Below are positions 30,465-41,387 of a stretch of DNA of 64,000 nt, piece after piece. The first letter of the stretch is position 1; each line of letters starts with the position of its first letter. The stretch is taken from the NCBI GenBank assembly GCA_050179755.1, contig JBFXEV010000001.1:745994-809993 (forward strand). Reading direction: 5' to 3'. Made by a program: the position numbers and the translations under genes. This stretch comes from Candidatus Babeliales bacterium (GTDB lineage: Bacteria; Babelota; Babeliae; Babelales; JBFXEV01). The notes under the pieces are model-generated. The model worked only from the letters and a program-made list of their open reading frames with translations, was not told the DNA's origin and did no database searches.

Positions 30465-30755
30465 ATGTTTCAAAAGATTCGCCCACTCCATGACCGTGTC
30501 CTTGTAGAGCGCTTGGAGCAAGAGGAAAAAACAGCCGGCGGCATTTATATACCTGATGCAGCCAAAGAAAAGGCTCAAACTGGCAAAGTAATTGCTGTGG
30601 GTAACGGCCGCGTGCTTAATGACGGCTCAGTTTCGCCATTGGCAGTTAAAGCTGGAGACGTAGTCTTTTTTGGCAAATATGCAGGCACCGAGGCTGGCAA
30701 AGAGCACGTTATTTTGCGCGAAGATGACATTCTTGGCGTTGTAGAACAAGTATAA
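30465..30755 (+). CDS. groES: Co-chaperonin GroES
   Basis: [33 protein letters not shown]. Confidence 0.99.
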   Translation: MFQKIRPLHDRVLVERLEQEEKTAGGIYIPDAAKEKAQTGKVIAVGNGRVLNDGSVSPLAVKAGDVVFFGKYAGTEAGKEHVILREDDILGVVEQV

Positions 30756-32399
<1,644 letters not shown>

Positions 32400-32433
32400 T
32401 TTATCGCGATCTCGCAATAAATTTTATATATTT

Positions 32434-32468
32434 AAAGGGCTTTGCTTGCTAGCAAGGCCCTTTTTTTT
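32434..32468 (+). terminator. Rho-independent terminator of groESL
   Basis: aaagggctttgct..agcaaggccc followed by T8. Confidence 0.85.
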
Positions 32469-32513
32469 GATATACTCAGTATATGTTAACTGTTCTATGC
32501 TGTGGAAAATACC

Positions 32514-32774
32514 GTGATTAAAAAAATTATTCTTGTATGTGTGAGTTTCAGTATCTATTCAACTCATGCAATATGAAGATACACCACTACTGCTTGCGTT
32601 ATTTGCATTACCAGTTGGAATTCCTGGTGCTATGCAGGAACACAAGACTTAATGAATGTCTTTGATTATGATACATATCTCGAGAATCAAAAGAGAGCCT
32701 GCCAAGCAATGCAAAGAATATTATTTGCACGGAAAAGGAGCGTTTTTGAACAACTGACTATTAAAAAGAAATAA
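32514..32774 (+). pseudogene. Internally deleted paralog of the 32866-33513 gene
   Basis: GTG-initiated VIKKIILVCVSFSIYSTHAI* resembles signal MVVKYIFLLLSLSICSLHAM; downstream CYAGTQDLMNVFDYDTYLENQK resembles FYYGIHDMFAAQDYEAYLASEK. Confidence 0.6.
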
Positions 32775-32865
32775 ACTAAAATAATATAGCTCTAAGCTTG
32801 ATTAAATTGTTAATTTAAAGCGGTGCTGTATAAGTAATACGATAATAAAATTATAAAGGAAAGTT

Positions 32866-33513
32866 ATGGTAGTTAAATATATCTTTTTATTGTTAAGTTT
32901 AAGCATCTGTTCTTTGCATGCTATGGAACCGAAATCTGAAGGTCAAGGCATATTGAAGGTGTTAACTCAAGCTGGAATTGCAACAGCAATTGAGTGTAAC
33001 TCGCCCAAGGCTCTTGAAATTGCACTGAGTGCTCGCATCAGCGCTATTCAAGCTGTTTGCCAATCAAAACGTGATGAAGCTGTGCAAGAGCTTTTAGCAT
33101 CACAAGAACGGAATCGTAGCTATGTGTATAGAACTAAAATAGGGTCAATAGACAAGCAATTTGAAGCTGCTTGCAAAGAATTTAAAAATGAAGAAATACC
33201 TCAATATCTAAAATTGGCTCAGCACTTTGCAAAGCAACCGCCAAGCACACGTTCAGAACTGTTTGCAAGAGGAGGTACCATGCTTATTGCAGCTTTAGCA
33301 GGTACCGTAAAAGTGATTTGTGTAGATTTTTCTATTCTTGATGTTGCACTAGTTCCAGCAACTTTGGGATGTTTTTATTATGGTATTCACGATATGTTTG
33401 CTGCGCAGGATTATGAAGCATATTTGGCAAGCGAGAAAGACAAGAAAAAAAAGATAAAAAGTGGATTAAGGGCCGCCAAGGTGCCTCGTTTGAACGAGCA
33501 AACTAATAATTAA
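32866..33513 (+). CDS. Exported hypothetical protein with C-terminal hydrophobic hairpin
   Basis: Signal peptide SLHA-ME; AAGGA SD. Confidence 0.75.
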   Translation: MVVKYIFLLLSLSICSLHAMEPKSEGQGILKVLTQAGIATAIECNSPKALEIALSARISAIQAVCQSKRDEAVQELLASQERNRSYVYRTKIGSIDKQFEAACKEFKNEEIPQYLKLAQHFAKQPPSTRSELFARGGTMLIAALAGTVKVICVDFSILDVALVPATLGCFYYGIHDMFAAQDYEAYLASEKDKKKKIKSGLRAAKVPRLNEQTNN

Positions 33514-33537
33514 AAAATTTTATTAATCAATAATTGG

Positions 33538-34446
33538 ATGCATATGTTAAAAAAATTAGTCAGTTTAGGATTTATATTTTATGTATGCACCATAGTGCTT
33601 ACTGCATGTACGCAAGAAACAGTAGCAACGCGATTAAATAAGAGTTTATTCCAAGTAAATAGAGAAGGCACTAAGTTATTTGGCTATAATCTTGATCTAG
33701 AACTGGCACCAACTCAATCGCCCAATGATACAGAAATTACTATTTCCGCTCATGGCTATGGTTCAAATAAAAAGCGCGGTATTAATCTTGCAAAAAATGC
33801 GCCGATGAGCGGACAGATATTGACGTTTAATCTTCCTGATTATGATTGCCTTGATAGAAAATTAAAGGCGTTGAGCCATGGCACTATCAATGAAATTTTG
33901 CCATTTCTTTATGCTCTTAAAACAGTGCTTAATGCAGGAGCAAAACGCGTTAACTTATATGGTTTTTCTGCTGGGGGCGGCGTGATAGTGAATGCGTTAG
34001 GCATTTTAAATGGTACGCGTTTTGATGCAGAGCTTACAAAAATTGGTATTACAGGATCAGATAAAGCTGCAATGCTCAAAGCAGTTGAGAACGGTATAGT
34101 GATTCTTGAAGTGCCACTTAAATCTATGGAAGGCATTATTAAAGGTCGTGGCCCATCGCAAGAACTTGAGTATATTGCACGCCAATATAAAGAAAATAAT
34201 TTGCGGCCCATTGATACGCTTGCAGCACTTAAAGGGTTAAAATTACATATCATTGTGTATTTTGAAAACCCTGATGAGATTATTTATAATGATGATGATG
34301 CTGAATACATAGAGAAATTAGAAGAAGCGAATGCGTTGGGAACCACAAAAGTTATTTTTGGAAATAATGGTGGGCATAATAGTTATCATAAAGAACTATG
34401 GGATATGTATGCCGAATGTTTGTCCGCCGTAGTTTGCCGAGCCTGA
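33538..34446 (+). CDS. Alpha/beta-hydrolase fold lipoprotein
   Basis: Lipobox LTA-C, oxyanion AHGYG, nucleophile GFSAGG, D..GGH. Confidence 0.75.
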   Translation: MHMLKKLVSLGFIFYVCTIVLTACTQETVATRLNKSLFQVNREGTKLFGYNLDLELAPTQSPNDTEITISAHGYGSNKKRGINLAKNAPMSGQILTFNLPDYDCLDRKLKALSHGTINEILPFLYALKTVLNAGAKRVNLYGFSAGGGVIVNALGILNGTRFDAELTKIGITGSDKAAMLKAVENGIVILEVPLKSMEGIIKGRGPSQELEYIARQYKENNLRPIDTLAALKGLKLHIIVYFENPDEIIYNDDDAEYIEKLEEANALGTTKVIFGNNGGHNSYHKELWDMYAECLSAVVCRA

Positions 34447-34523
34447 AGGCCCGGATAAACGTAGGAGGATGGTCCGCCTTCGCTAATTTTCATTAAGTTT
34501 AGTGAGAATTAAAAGTTACGGCG
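34421..34523. repeat. Pair of CGTAG-family REP-like palindromes overlapping the hydrolase 3' end
   Basis: gtccgccgtag..cgtaggagga and gtccgccttcgcta..ttacggcg. Confidence 0.65.
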
Positions 34524-34552
34524 TTATATAGTGTGGTGTAAGGAGCACATAC

Positions 34553-35086
34553 TTATTGTTGACCTACAGTAACAGCTCTTTTTTTTGCTGGTAAATCAGT
34601 TTCAAGATCTCGTTTACGTTTTAGAGAGTCTGGAGCAGTGCTTGATTGAATGCTTGCGCCACCTATATCACGTTTATAGTCCCAGGTAGTAAAACATTCC
34701 GGGCTGCCATTTGTTATCATGCCATAATCATAACCACGTTTATGGCATTCAACCATTAACCCATCTTTATCAGCAGGTTGTTCAATCTGATTGCAGCGGT
34801 ATTGGCGACGTGTTTTAATATCATAGTCAAAAGTAATGCGATCATCATTACTTGCAAGCCAACCGCTATCCCAATCTTCACCAGCAGGGATTTCTTCACC
34901 GTTACCTATATCGATCACTACTTTTTCACCGGTAACGTTACCGTTTTCATCTACAATAGGTTTTCTTTTAAATTCAGGTTTATAATGCGTGCAGATGCCA
35001 GAAGCAAGGCGTTCAACGGCTTTTAAAGAGTTTGAAGTGGCAAAGAGGAAAGAGATTAGCATTAATATGGGTAAGAGGTGCTTCAT
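34553..35086 (-). CDS. Exported hypothetical protein with basic C-terminus
   Basis: Signal peptide SLKA-V; tail KRKRDLETDLPAKKR. Confidence 0.7.
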   Translation of the reverse strand: MKHLLPILMLISFLFATSNSLKAVERLASGICTHYKPEFKRKPIVDENGNVTGEKVVIDIGNGEEIPAGEDWDSGWLASNDDRITFDYDIKTRRQYRCNQIEQPADKDGLMVECHKRGYDYGMITNGSPECFTTWDYKRDIGGASIQSSTAPDSLKRKRDLETDLPAKKRAVTVGQQ

Positions 35087-35232
35087 GGAAATGCCCTTTT
35101 TTAGGTTTTTTTAATAATTTTTTATGCAGGAGTGGTTATCCTGCCACCTTTATAATACCAAAAAATAGTTTCTATTTGCAATAGTGCTGGGTTGGTAGAA
35201 ATAGTTTTAAAAGATTATGAGTAGAGAGTTAT

Positions 35233-35809
35233 TGTAGAAGTTCCACTGAATATGCAAGAACATTATCTCTGGTGCCGCTACGCGCGGCGGCGCATGCCTT
35301 TTTTTGTGCAAAAAAAGGACGCAAAAAAGCACCAGCATTCTGCTGGACCATTCCGCTTGATCGCTGAGCGCTATACCTCACGTCGTTTCACGACGAGGTA
35401 TGCACGCAGCGCGCATAGGATCTACTAATAAAATTACATTGGGGGCCAATTGCTTTCCATCCACAGTAATAACTATAAAAATTAAAAAAGAAAATCCTAC
35501 ACGAAACGGTGGAGTCTAGTGAGAATTTCATGTAGGGAAATTCGAGATAGGCGTCTTCACCGGGAGATGGGGTGGTTAGGGGGCGAAGGCGCCCCTAACT
35601 GGTTTTTCTCCACAATCTTTTTGCCACCAAAAAGATTTGTGCGCTGCCACGCGTAGTGGCCCAGTGATAAGAAATCTGCAGAAATAAAGACTTCTTCTAC
35701 ACAAATATCAAAAATAAATGTTTGTATTTTGTCACCAAAAAGGCATGCGCCGGCCGCGGCGGGAGCGGCCCAGTGATAATGTTTTTAAATATTCAAAGGA
35801 ACTTCTACA
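35233..35809. repeat. Composite structured non-coding element B (arm X forward; arms Y and X' reverse)
   Basis: Ends tgtagaagttcc..ggaacttctaca are inverted repeats; 35233-35435 matches the reverse complement of 38822-39023; 35492-35809 matches the reverse complement of 29451-29807. Confidence 0.92.
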
Positions 35810-35876
35810 TCTAATAAAAAAGCGCCCTCATTCTTTGTAGAACGACGACGCTTTAAGATTTGTTTTAGTATATTTA

Positions 35877-36413
35877 TTAATCTTGGCGTTGAGACGCTTC
35901 ATCAAAAACAGTTTGCTCGTCACTTGATTTAGCCTTCTGCATGTGAGCCTTCTCTTGTTGAGCATCTTTGCGCTTACGAGATGTCACAGCTTCTGCAATT
36001 TGATGATAAGCAGAACCAACCGAATACTTTATAGTCCGAGCAATACCTTCTCGTTCTTTCCAAGCAGTCTGAGCATTTTTTGCTGTTTCTTGTGCCATAG
36101 TTTGAGCATTTTCAACGGTCATTGCATCTTTATGTTCCCAAGCAATAAACCCAACAAGCGCAAGAGCAACAAGGCGAGCAGACATTGGCCAACCGGGTTT
36201 TGCAGATTGTTTTTTTATTGCAGCATGTAGATGTTCTCTTGCAGTGTGAATTTGTTTATTGGCGGCATTAATTTGTTCGCTTAATGCGTGATATTTGCTA
36301 TTCAGTTCCCGAATGCCGGCTTCAATTTTTGCAGTAGATTGTTCTGTTCCTGTTCCAAATGCCAGTGTTGAAGCGCAACACATGAGTAATGTTAAATGTT
36401 TAAGAGTAAGCAT
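35877..36413 (-). CDS. Exported coiled-coil/TM hypothetical protein
   Basis: Signal peptide, coiled coil, one TM helix; AGGAG SD. Confidence 0.7.
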   Translation of the reverse strand: MLTLKHLTLLMCCASTLAFGTGTEQSTAKIEAGIRELNSKYHALSEQINAANKQIHTAREHLHAAIKKQSAKPGWPMSARLVALALVGFIAWEHKDAMTVENAQTMAQETAKNAQTAWKEREGIARTIKYSVGSAYHQIAEAVTSRKRKDAQQEKAHMQKAKSSDEQTVFDEASQRQD

Positions 36414-36483
36414 GATGCTCCTAGATGTTGTTATAAAATTGAAATTATAGCTTAGATTAACGATTTTGAGCTATTTTTCAACT

Positions 36484-38022
36484 TTAGAACGTGCCACCAA
36501 ATTTACCCCAAACTCCCCATTGAGTAAATGCTGTATTGAGTGTAGGGAATTCGCCAAATGCACCAAGCCCTGCAAAGAATGAGAAATATTTGCCTTCTGC
36601 CTTAAAGCCCACAGCAACGTGTGCACGATTAACCACTGCAGCACGAGCGCCACCAGAATAAAAATCTAAGTCTTGCCATCTGATAGGCACAAAGACCAAA
36701 TTACCATCTTCATCAACGTCATTATCTGCGAGGCAACTTATAGTGCTTTCACTTGCGGTAGGGCACACGGGCACGCAATTAACTTCAAGACCATCGGTGC
36801 CGGGCCCACCAACGCCTGCAAAACCAAATTCCTCAAGCCAAGGTTCTTTAAGGCGTGGCCACTCCGTGCTTTGCGCGTAACAACTATAGCCAAGTTGCAA
36901 TGCTACAAATTCATTATAAAATCGAAAACCGCTTGAGCCTTCAAAAAGGCTAAATGGTTCAGTGCGCACTCTGCGCGTGAGCACGTTTGCCGCTGGAATG
37001 CCACACTCACCATATATGCTATTAACCAGCATGTAGCGAGACCATGGCTTAAAGCGCACGTCAAAAGTGCGGTGTTGCGTTGCTCTAAATAAATACGTAT
37101 GTTCAAGATCTACGTAAAATGAAAATATGCGGCAATCGGTAGTGCAATTGAGCGGCATTTGAAAATTAAAACCAGAACCCATACCCCAGTGGTTATTATG
37201 CCCTAAAAAAGGATCAAATAAAAATTCTGCTTTTGCGGATTTTGCGGTGGGAATTAAGAGCATTGAATAGACGCCAAGCTCAAAACCATCATCTTTTAAA
37301 AAGTAGCTGCCGAGCCTGAAAATTATTTCAGGAACAGACGTAACACTTTCAGACTGTGTAGGGATTTTAGAAAAAAGAAGTTCAGGTCGATTGAAGGCTT
37401 GTAATAATGGCAGTGGTGCTCTGAAATTCATATCGTTTTTAACATGTTGCACTGGCAATTGAAATGAAAAATAAAAAGAAGATAACAACCAATTATCAGT
37501 AAATGGTTTAAAATCCTGTTGATATTCAAGATACGCTGCCCATTGCATTTGCTCTGGTTCAAGTGAAAGTACGCCTTCAAAATTTGGCCCTAATCCTAAC
37601 CATTCGGCACGTACGTCACGATTGATTGGTCTAACATCATCGCCTTTTACGGTGATGATGTTTTTAGGTTTTACATTAAAGTCTGAATCAAGTACATCAG
37701 TTCGTTCAGGCAAACCAAAATATCTGCCAACATGTTCTGAGCGATGTGCTTTTTGATACATACCCACCACTTGAAAAAAGCCGCCGTAGCAGTTTTTATT
37801 TGCCATAAATTCATGTGCTAAAAATTGGCGGGCTTCTATTAAGGTATATGCAGGGCGTGTAAAGAGGAATGTTTGGCTAAATTTTTCGTGTTTGCCGCTG
37901 ACTTTATATTTAAACAAGTATTGAGATGTTGGCAAAAGTTGATCTGCTATGATATTAAATGAAAACATGCAGAGTAAGGCACAGAGGCTGAACTTTTTCA
38001 TATGATCCTTTTTTTTCTTCAT
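36484..38022 (-). CDS. Probable outer-membrane beta-barrel protein (paralog of 13809-15416)
   Basis: Signal peptide; C-terminal WGVWGKFGGTF beta-signal-like end with terminal Phe; LIPTA and GHNNHWGMG motifs. Confidence 0.72.
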   Translation of the reverse strand: MKKKKDHMKKFSLCALLCMFSFNIIADQLLPTSQYLFKYKVSGKHEKFSQTFLFTRPAYTLIEARQFLAHEFMANKNCYGGFFQVVGMYQKAHRSEHVGRYFGLPERTDVLDSDFNVKPKNIITVKGDDVRPINRDVRAEWLGLGPNFEGVLSLEPEQMQWAAYLEYQQDFKPFTDNWLLSSFYFSFQLPVQHVKNDMNFRAPLPLLQAFNRPELLFSKIPTQSESVTSVPEIIFRLGSYFLKDDGFELGVYSMLLIPTAKSAKAEFLFDPFLGHNNHWGMGSGFNFQMPLNCTTDCRIFSFYVDLEHTYLFRATQHRTFDVRFKPWSRYMLVNSIYGECGIPAANVLTRRVRTEPFSLFEGSSGFRFYNEFVALQLGYSCYAQSTEWPRLKEPWLEEFGFAGVGGPGTDGLEVNCVPVCPTASESTISCLADNDVDEDGNLVFVPIRWQDLDFYSGGARAAVVNRAHVAVGFKAEGKYFSFFAGLGAFGEFPTLNTAFTQWGVWGKFGGTF

Positions 38023-38134
38023 AAGGTGAGTACGTGATATTAGCTTAGTGTCATTTTAGGTGATTGCCAAGTGCACGTTGTTTTACTAGAAGTTTGATTT
38101 TTCGATTTATTTTTTGATTTACGAAATAATTTTA

Positions 38135-39023
38135 TGTAGAAATTTATTCTTTCATTTTATGTAGCTAGCGCTGAGCGCCTGCCCGGCGAGGGCAAACTGT
38201 TTTGCTTGCCCAAAACAGTATTGACCAAAAGGGCACCAGCTCGCGCTGGGGCACCGGTGACGCCTAACTTTCCACGTATACAGCCTGCTAAAGCAGTCTG
38301 TAACGAGTAAAATAGGCTACCTAAAGTACTTTTACATTTAGGATTTTTAACAGACTTTTTTACAATCAGTTTTTCGCCTCAAACGGCCGGCTGGGCCGAC
38401 TTCATAAACTACCCTCCTTACTTTTCTCTTTACAGTGACATAGATGATTCATATTCAAAAGATTATTATGGCTTAAGATATGCACGGTTCATATGTGGTA
38501 ACATTGGTGGACTGCAATAGCGTGATGCTAAGTGAGCTATTCAGCTGCGTATCCCATTTTTAGGATAAAAAATATAAATTAACTAAAACAGGTGGATGTG
38601 TTTTTGTTTATTCTTGGACTAACATATTTTTGTAGCGCACCAGCGTAAGCGTTGTATAACATTCTATTGATAAGAAGCATCCCTTGAGGAGACCCTTAGA
38701 ACTTTTTTAAAGGTTCGCTGGGGGAGTTTATCAGCGCGGAGATACATAAGAACATCCAGCCTACGCCAATCCAGGCGTTCAGTTTGGTTGGTTACGGCGG
38801 ATAGGCTTGTTCTAAATGAAAAATTTTATTAGTGGTTCCTATGCGCGCTGTGTGCATACCTCGTCGTGAAACGACGTGAGGTATAGCGCTCAGCGATTGA
38901 GCGGAATAGTCCAGCAGAATGCTGGTGCTTTTTTGCGTCCTTTTTTTGCACAAAAAAAGGCATGCGCCGCCGCGCGTAGCGGCACCTGTGATTATGCTTT
39001 TAAATATTCAGTGGAACTTCTAC
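38135..39023. repeat. Composite structured non-coding element C (arm Z forward, spacer with nested REP, arm X reverse)
   Basis: Starts TGTAGAA and ends GGAACTTCTAC; arms match elements A and B; REP-like hairpin at 38750-38812. Confidence 0.9.
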
Positions 39024-39063
39024 GTTATGTGAGTCATACCTTTATATTTAAAAACCTTTTTTA

Positions 39064-40335
39064 TCAATCATCATCCCAGTCACTTGTCGTATCATCTGTA
39101 TCATATTCCTGCACCGCATAAGGAGCTGTAAATGCTGGATTATCCTCTATAAGTAATTGATCAGGAGCTTCCTGTGCTGCTCCTGAAATTTCTTTTTCTT
39201 GTTCGTCAAACGATGGCCAATTACAATCTTCTGTAGAACTATCTTGATTTTGGTTAGTGACCAGTTGTTCTTTAATAACAGTAATTTCTGGGTCTTCTTT
39301 ACATAATCTCATGCGATAATAGTGAGTGATAATTCGCTTATCATGTATTTCAGTTTCAGCGTGTTCGATTTTGGGTTCAAAATAATAGCCCAAAAGTTCA
39401 TCAAGATCATGGTAAGAAATTGTTCGGGATTCAATTTTTGGAGATGGTGCTGAAAGCTCTGTTGAAAGTAATGGAGGCGGAGATTCAGATTGCCGTGAGG
39501 GCGGGGGTGTAAGATAATAAGGGTGTTTTGGCATCTGGCTTGGTAGTGTGCCTTCATGATTTTCTAGGACCCAATTAATATTCGGAACTGTGTCTAATAA
39601 TTCTAAAAGATCATCACGTTTATGCATGTATGCATAATGAGCTGCACTGCTTCCCTCTTCATCTTGTGCATTTACATCGGCACCTTCACGCACAAGCCAT
39701 TCTATAATGTCAAAATTTAAAGGAGTTATTTCGAGCGCTTGATGAATCACCGTTTGGCCCCAAATGTTGCGCGTTTCTAAAGAAGCACCCTGTGCACGCA
39801 ATATCTCTGCTATAGTAAGATGCCCAAAGCGTACTGCATAATGAAGTGGGCTAGCTTGATGACCATCATATGTTGCTACTGATGCGCCATTATCAAGCAA
39901 TGTTTCCACTATGGTGCGGCGCCCAAGCCCTGCTGCAACACATAAAAGTGGATCATCGCGATCATACTGTTGGCCTGGCGTATTGAGCTCGGTAAAATTA
40001 AAGAGTCCCATAACAAGTGCTTCATCATCATCAGCATGGATTGCATTAATTAAGATCGTACGTGGGCTTTGTGCTTGTGGTGAGCGTGATTGCCGCCTTT
40101 GCGGGTTTTCATCATCAGATGAACCGCTGGAAACATAGTGAGTCTGTTCCATAATTGTGTTAATTGCTTCGTTGTAAGGCATTCGTTCTGGTGCCGGATG
40201 TGCAACAAGAAGAGGTTGCTGCTGGGTAGCGTCATCGGTAGCTATATTTTCAGATGAATTGGGGCGAACTAAGTCCATAGAATGCAATGAAAAGATAAAC
40301 GTGAGTATTATACAGGTGAATATGCGGTTCTTCAT
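39064..40335 (-). CDS. Exported ankyrin-repeat protein with acidic tail
   Basis: PLLCVAAGLG, SPLHYAVRFGH, GQTVIHQA and GADVNAQDEEGSSAAHYA repeats; signal SLHS-MD. Confidence 0.9.
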   Translation of the reverse strand: MKNRIFTCIILTFIFSLHSMDLVRPNSSENIATDDATQQQPLLVAHPAPERMPYNEAINTIMEQTHYVSSGSSDDENPQRRQSRSPQAQSPRTILINAIHADDDEALVMGLFNFTELNTPGQQYDRDDPLLCVAAGLGRRTIVETLLDNGASVATYDGHQASPLHYAVRFGHLTIAEILRAQGASLETRNIWGQTVIHQALEITPLNFDIIEWLVREGADVNAQDEEGSSAAHYAYMHKRDDLLELLDTVPNINWVLENHEGTLPSQMPKHPYYLTPPPSRQSESPPPLLSTELSAPSPKIESRTISYHDLDELLGYYFEPKIEHAETEIHDKRIITHYYRMRLCKEDPEITVIKEQLVTNQNQDSSTEDCNWPSFDEQEKEISGAAQEAPDQLLIEDNPAFTAPYAVQEYDTDDTTSDWDDD

Positions 40336-40350
40336 AGCATCTCCTATGCT

Positions 40351-41244
40351 TCATTTTTCATATACAATCTCTGCAATAGCTTTACACGCATTTACTGCAT
40401 CAGTATACGATCGTTGAAATATATTGCGACCGGTAGCGCAACCAGACGCGTGCCCTTTTTTAATTTGATCGTTAAGTTGTTGCAAAAATAATTTAATGTT
40501 CATTACGCTACCACCAGCGCAGATTACTTTGGTGTTTCCAGCAGCTTGCGCAGCAACAGCAAGCCATTCTGTACTCGTTTTTTCTACATCACCAAGCGGT
40601 GGTTTAACTTTTACCACGTCTGCACCCAAACTGTTTGCAAAACCACACGCACCAGCGGTGATCATGCCATCTTGATCGTTTTGTATCGCTTTGCCGCGCA
40701 CATAAATCCAAAGAATAGTTACCAGCCCATGTTGATGTGCATTATATATAATTTGAGCTGCTTCTTGCAGCATATTATTTTCAAACTCACTGCCAAGGTA
40801 GAGGGTATAACCAATACCGCGCACAGGAATGTTGGCGCATTGTGCCCAATGCACAACTTGATCAACGCTCCACAAAGCTTTGCTTAAAGGGTCTTGCTGC
40901 TCAAGGGGCACGAGCGGGCTTTTGCCATTTAATTTGGCAACGTAATTGATGCCAGTATATTCTTGTGCATAACGTGCAATAAGGCCTGGATGCGTTGCAA
41001 GGCAACCAACCTCAGTGTTTTGAGCAATTTTAAAAATATGAGTAGGGTGCAGTGCATCGGGGTGCACGTTGCTGCCAAAAAAATCTTGATTAAGATGCTC
41101 CATTTTTTGGTCGCAAGCAAATACAAAAAAGCGCCCTGTGTTTTTGGTGAGTGCTTGGTAATTTTTAATAAATGTAGCATGCATTGCTTTTGGTACGTCG
41201 GCTGGTATTACAATATCTGCATCGGTGATAACGTTGCGTGGCAT
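40351..41244 (-). CDS. Class I (DhnA/archaeal-type) fructose-bisphosphate aldolase family protein
   Basis: FACDQKMEH, GYTLYLGSEFE, LWIYVRG, LGADVVKVK (Schiff-base Lys), ATGRNIFQ. Confidence 0.88.
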   Translation of the reverse strand: MPRNVITDADIVIPADVPKAMHATFIKNYQALTKNTGRFFVFACDQKMEHLNQDFFGSNVHPDALHPTHIFKIAQNTEVGCLATHPGLIARYAQEYTGINYVAKLNGKSPLVPLEQQDPLSKALWSVDQVVHWAQCANIPVRGIGYTLYLGSEFENNMLQEAAQIIYNAHQHGLVTILWIYVRGKAIQNDQDGMITAGACGFANSLGADVVKVKPPLGDVEKTSTEWLAVAAQAAGNTKVICAGGSVMNIKLFLQQLNDQIKKGHASGCATGRNIFQRSYTDAVNACKAIAEIVYEK

Positions 41245-41387
41245 GATTTACCTTTTGTTAAAGTCTTTTTAGTTTCCTTTGTAATGATATATCTTATGTG
41301 CCGTAAAAATCCAGAGTTTGCGCCAATCATTGTTTTGGCTTTGCAGATTTTCGTATACTAAAGGTAGTTATCTTTGATGGAGCAATT

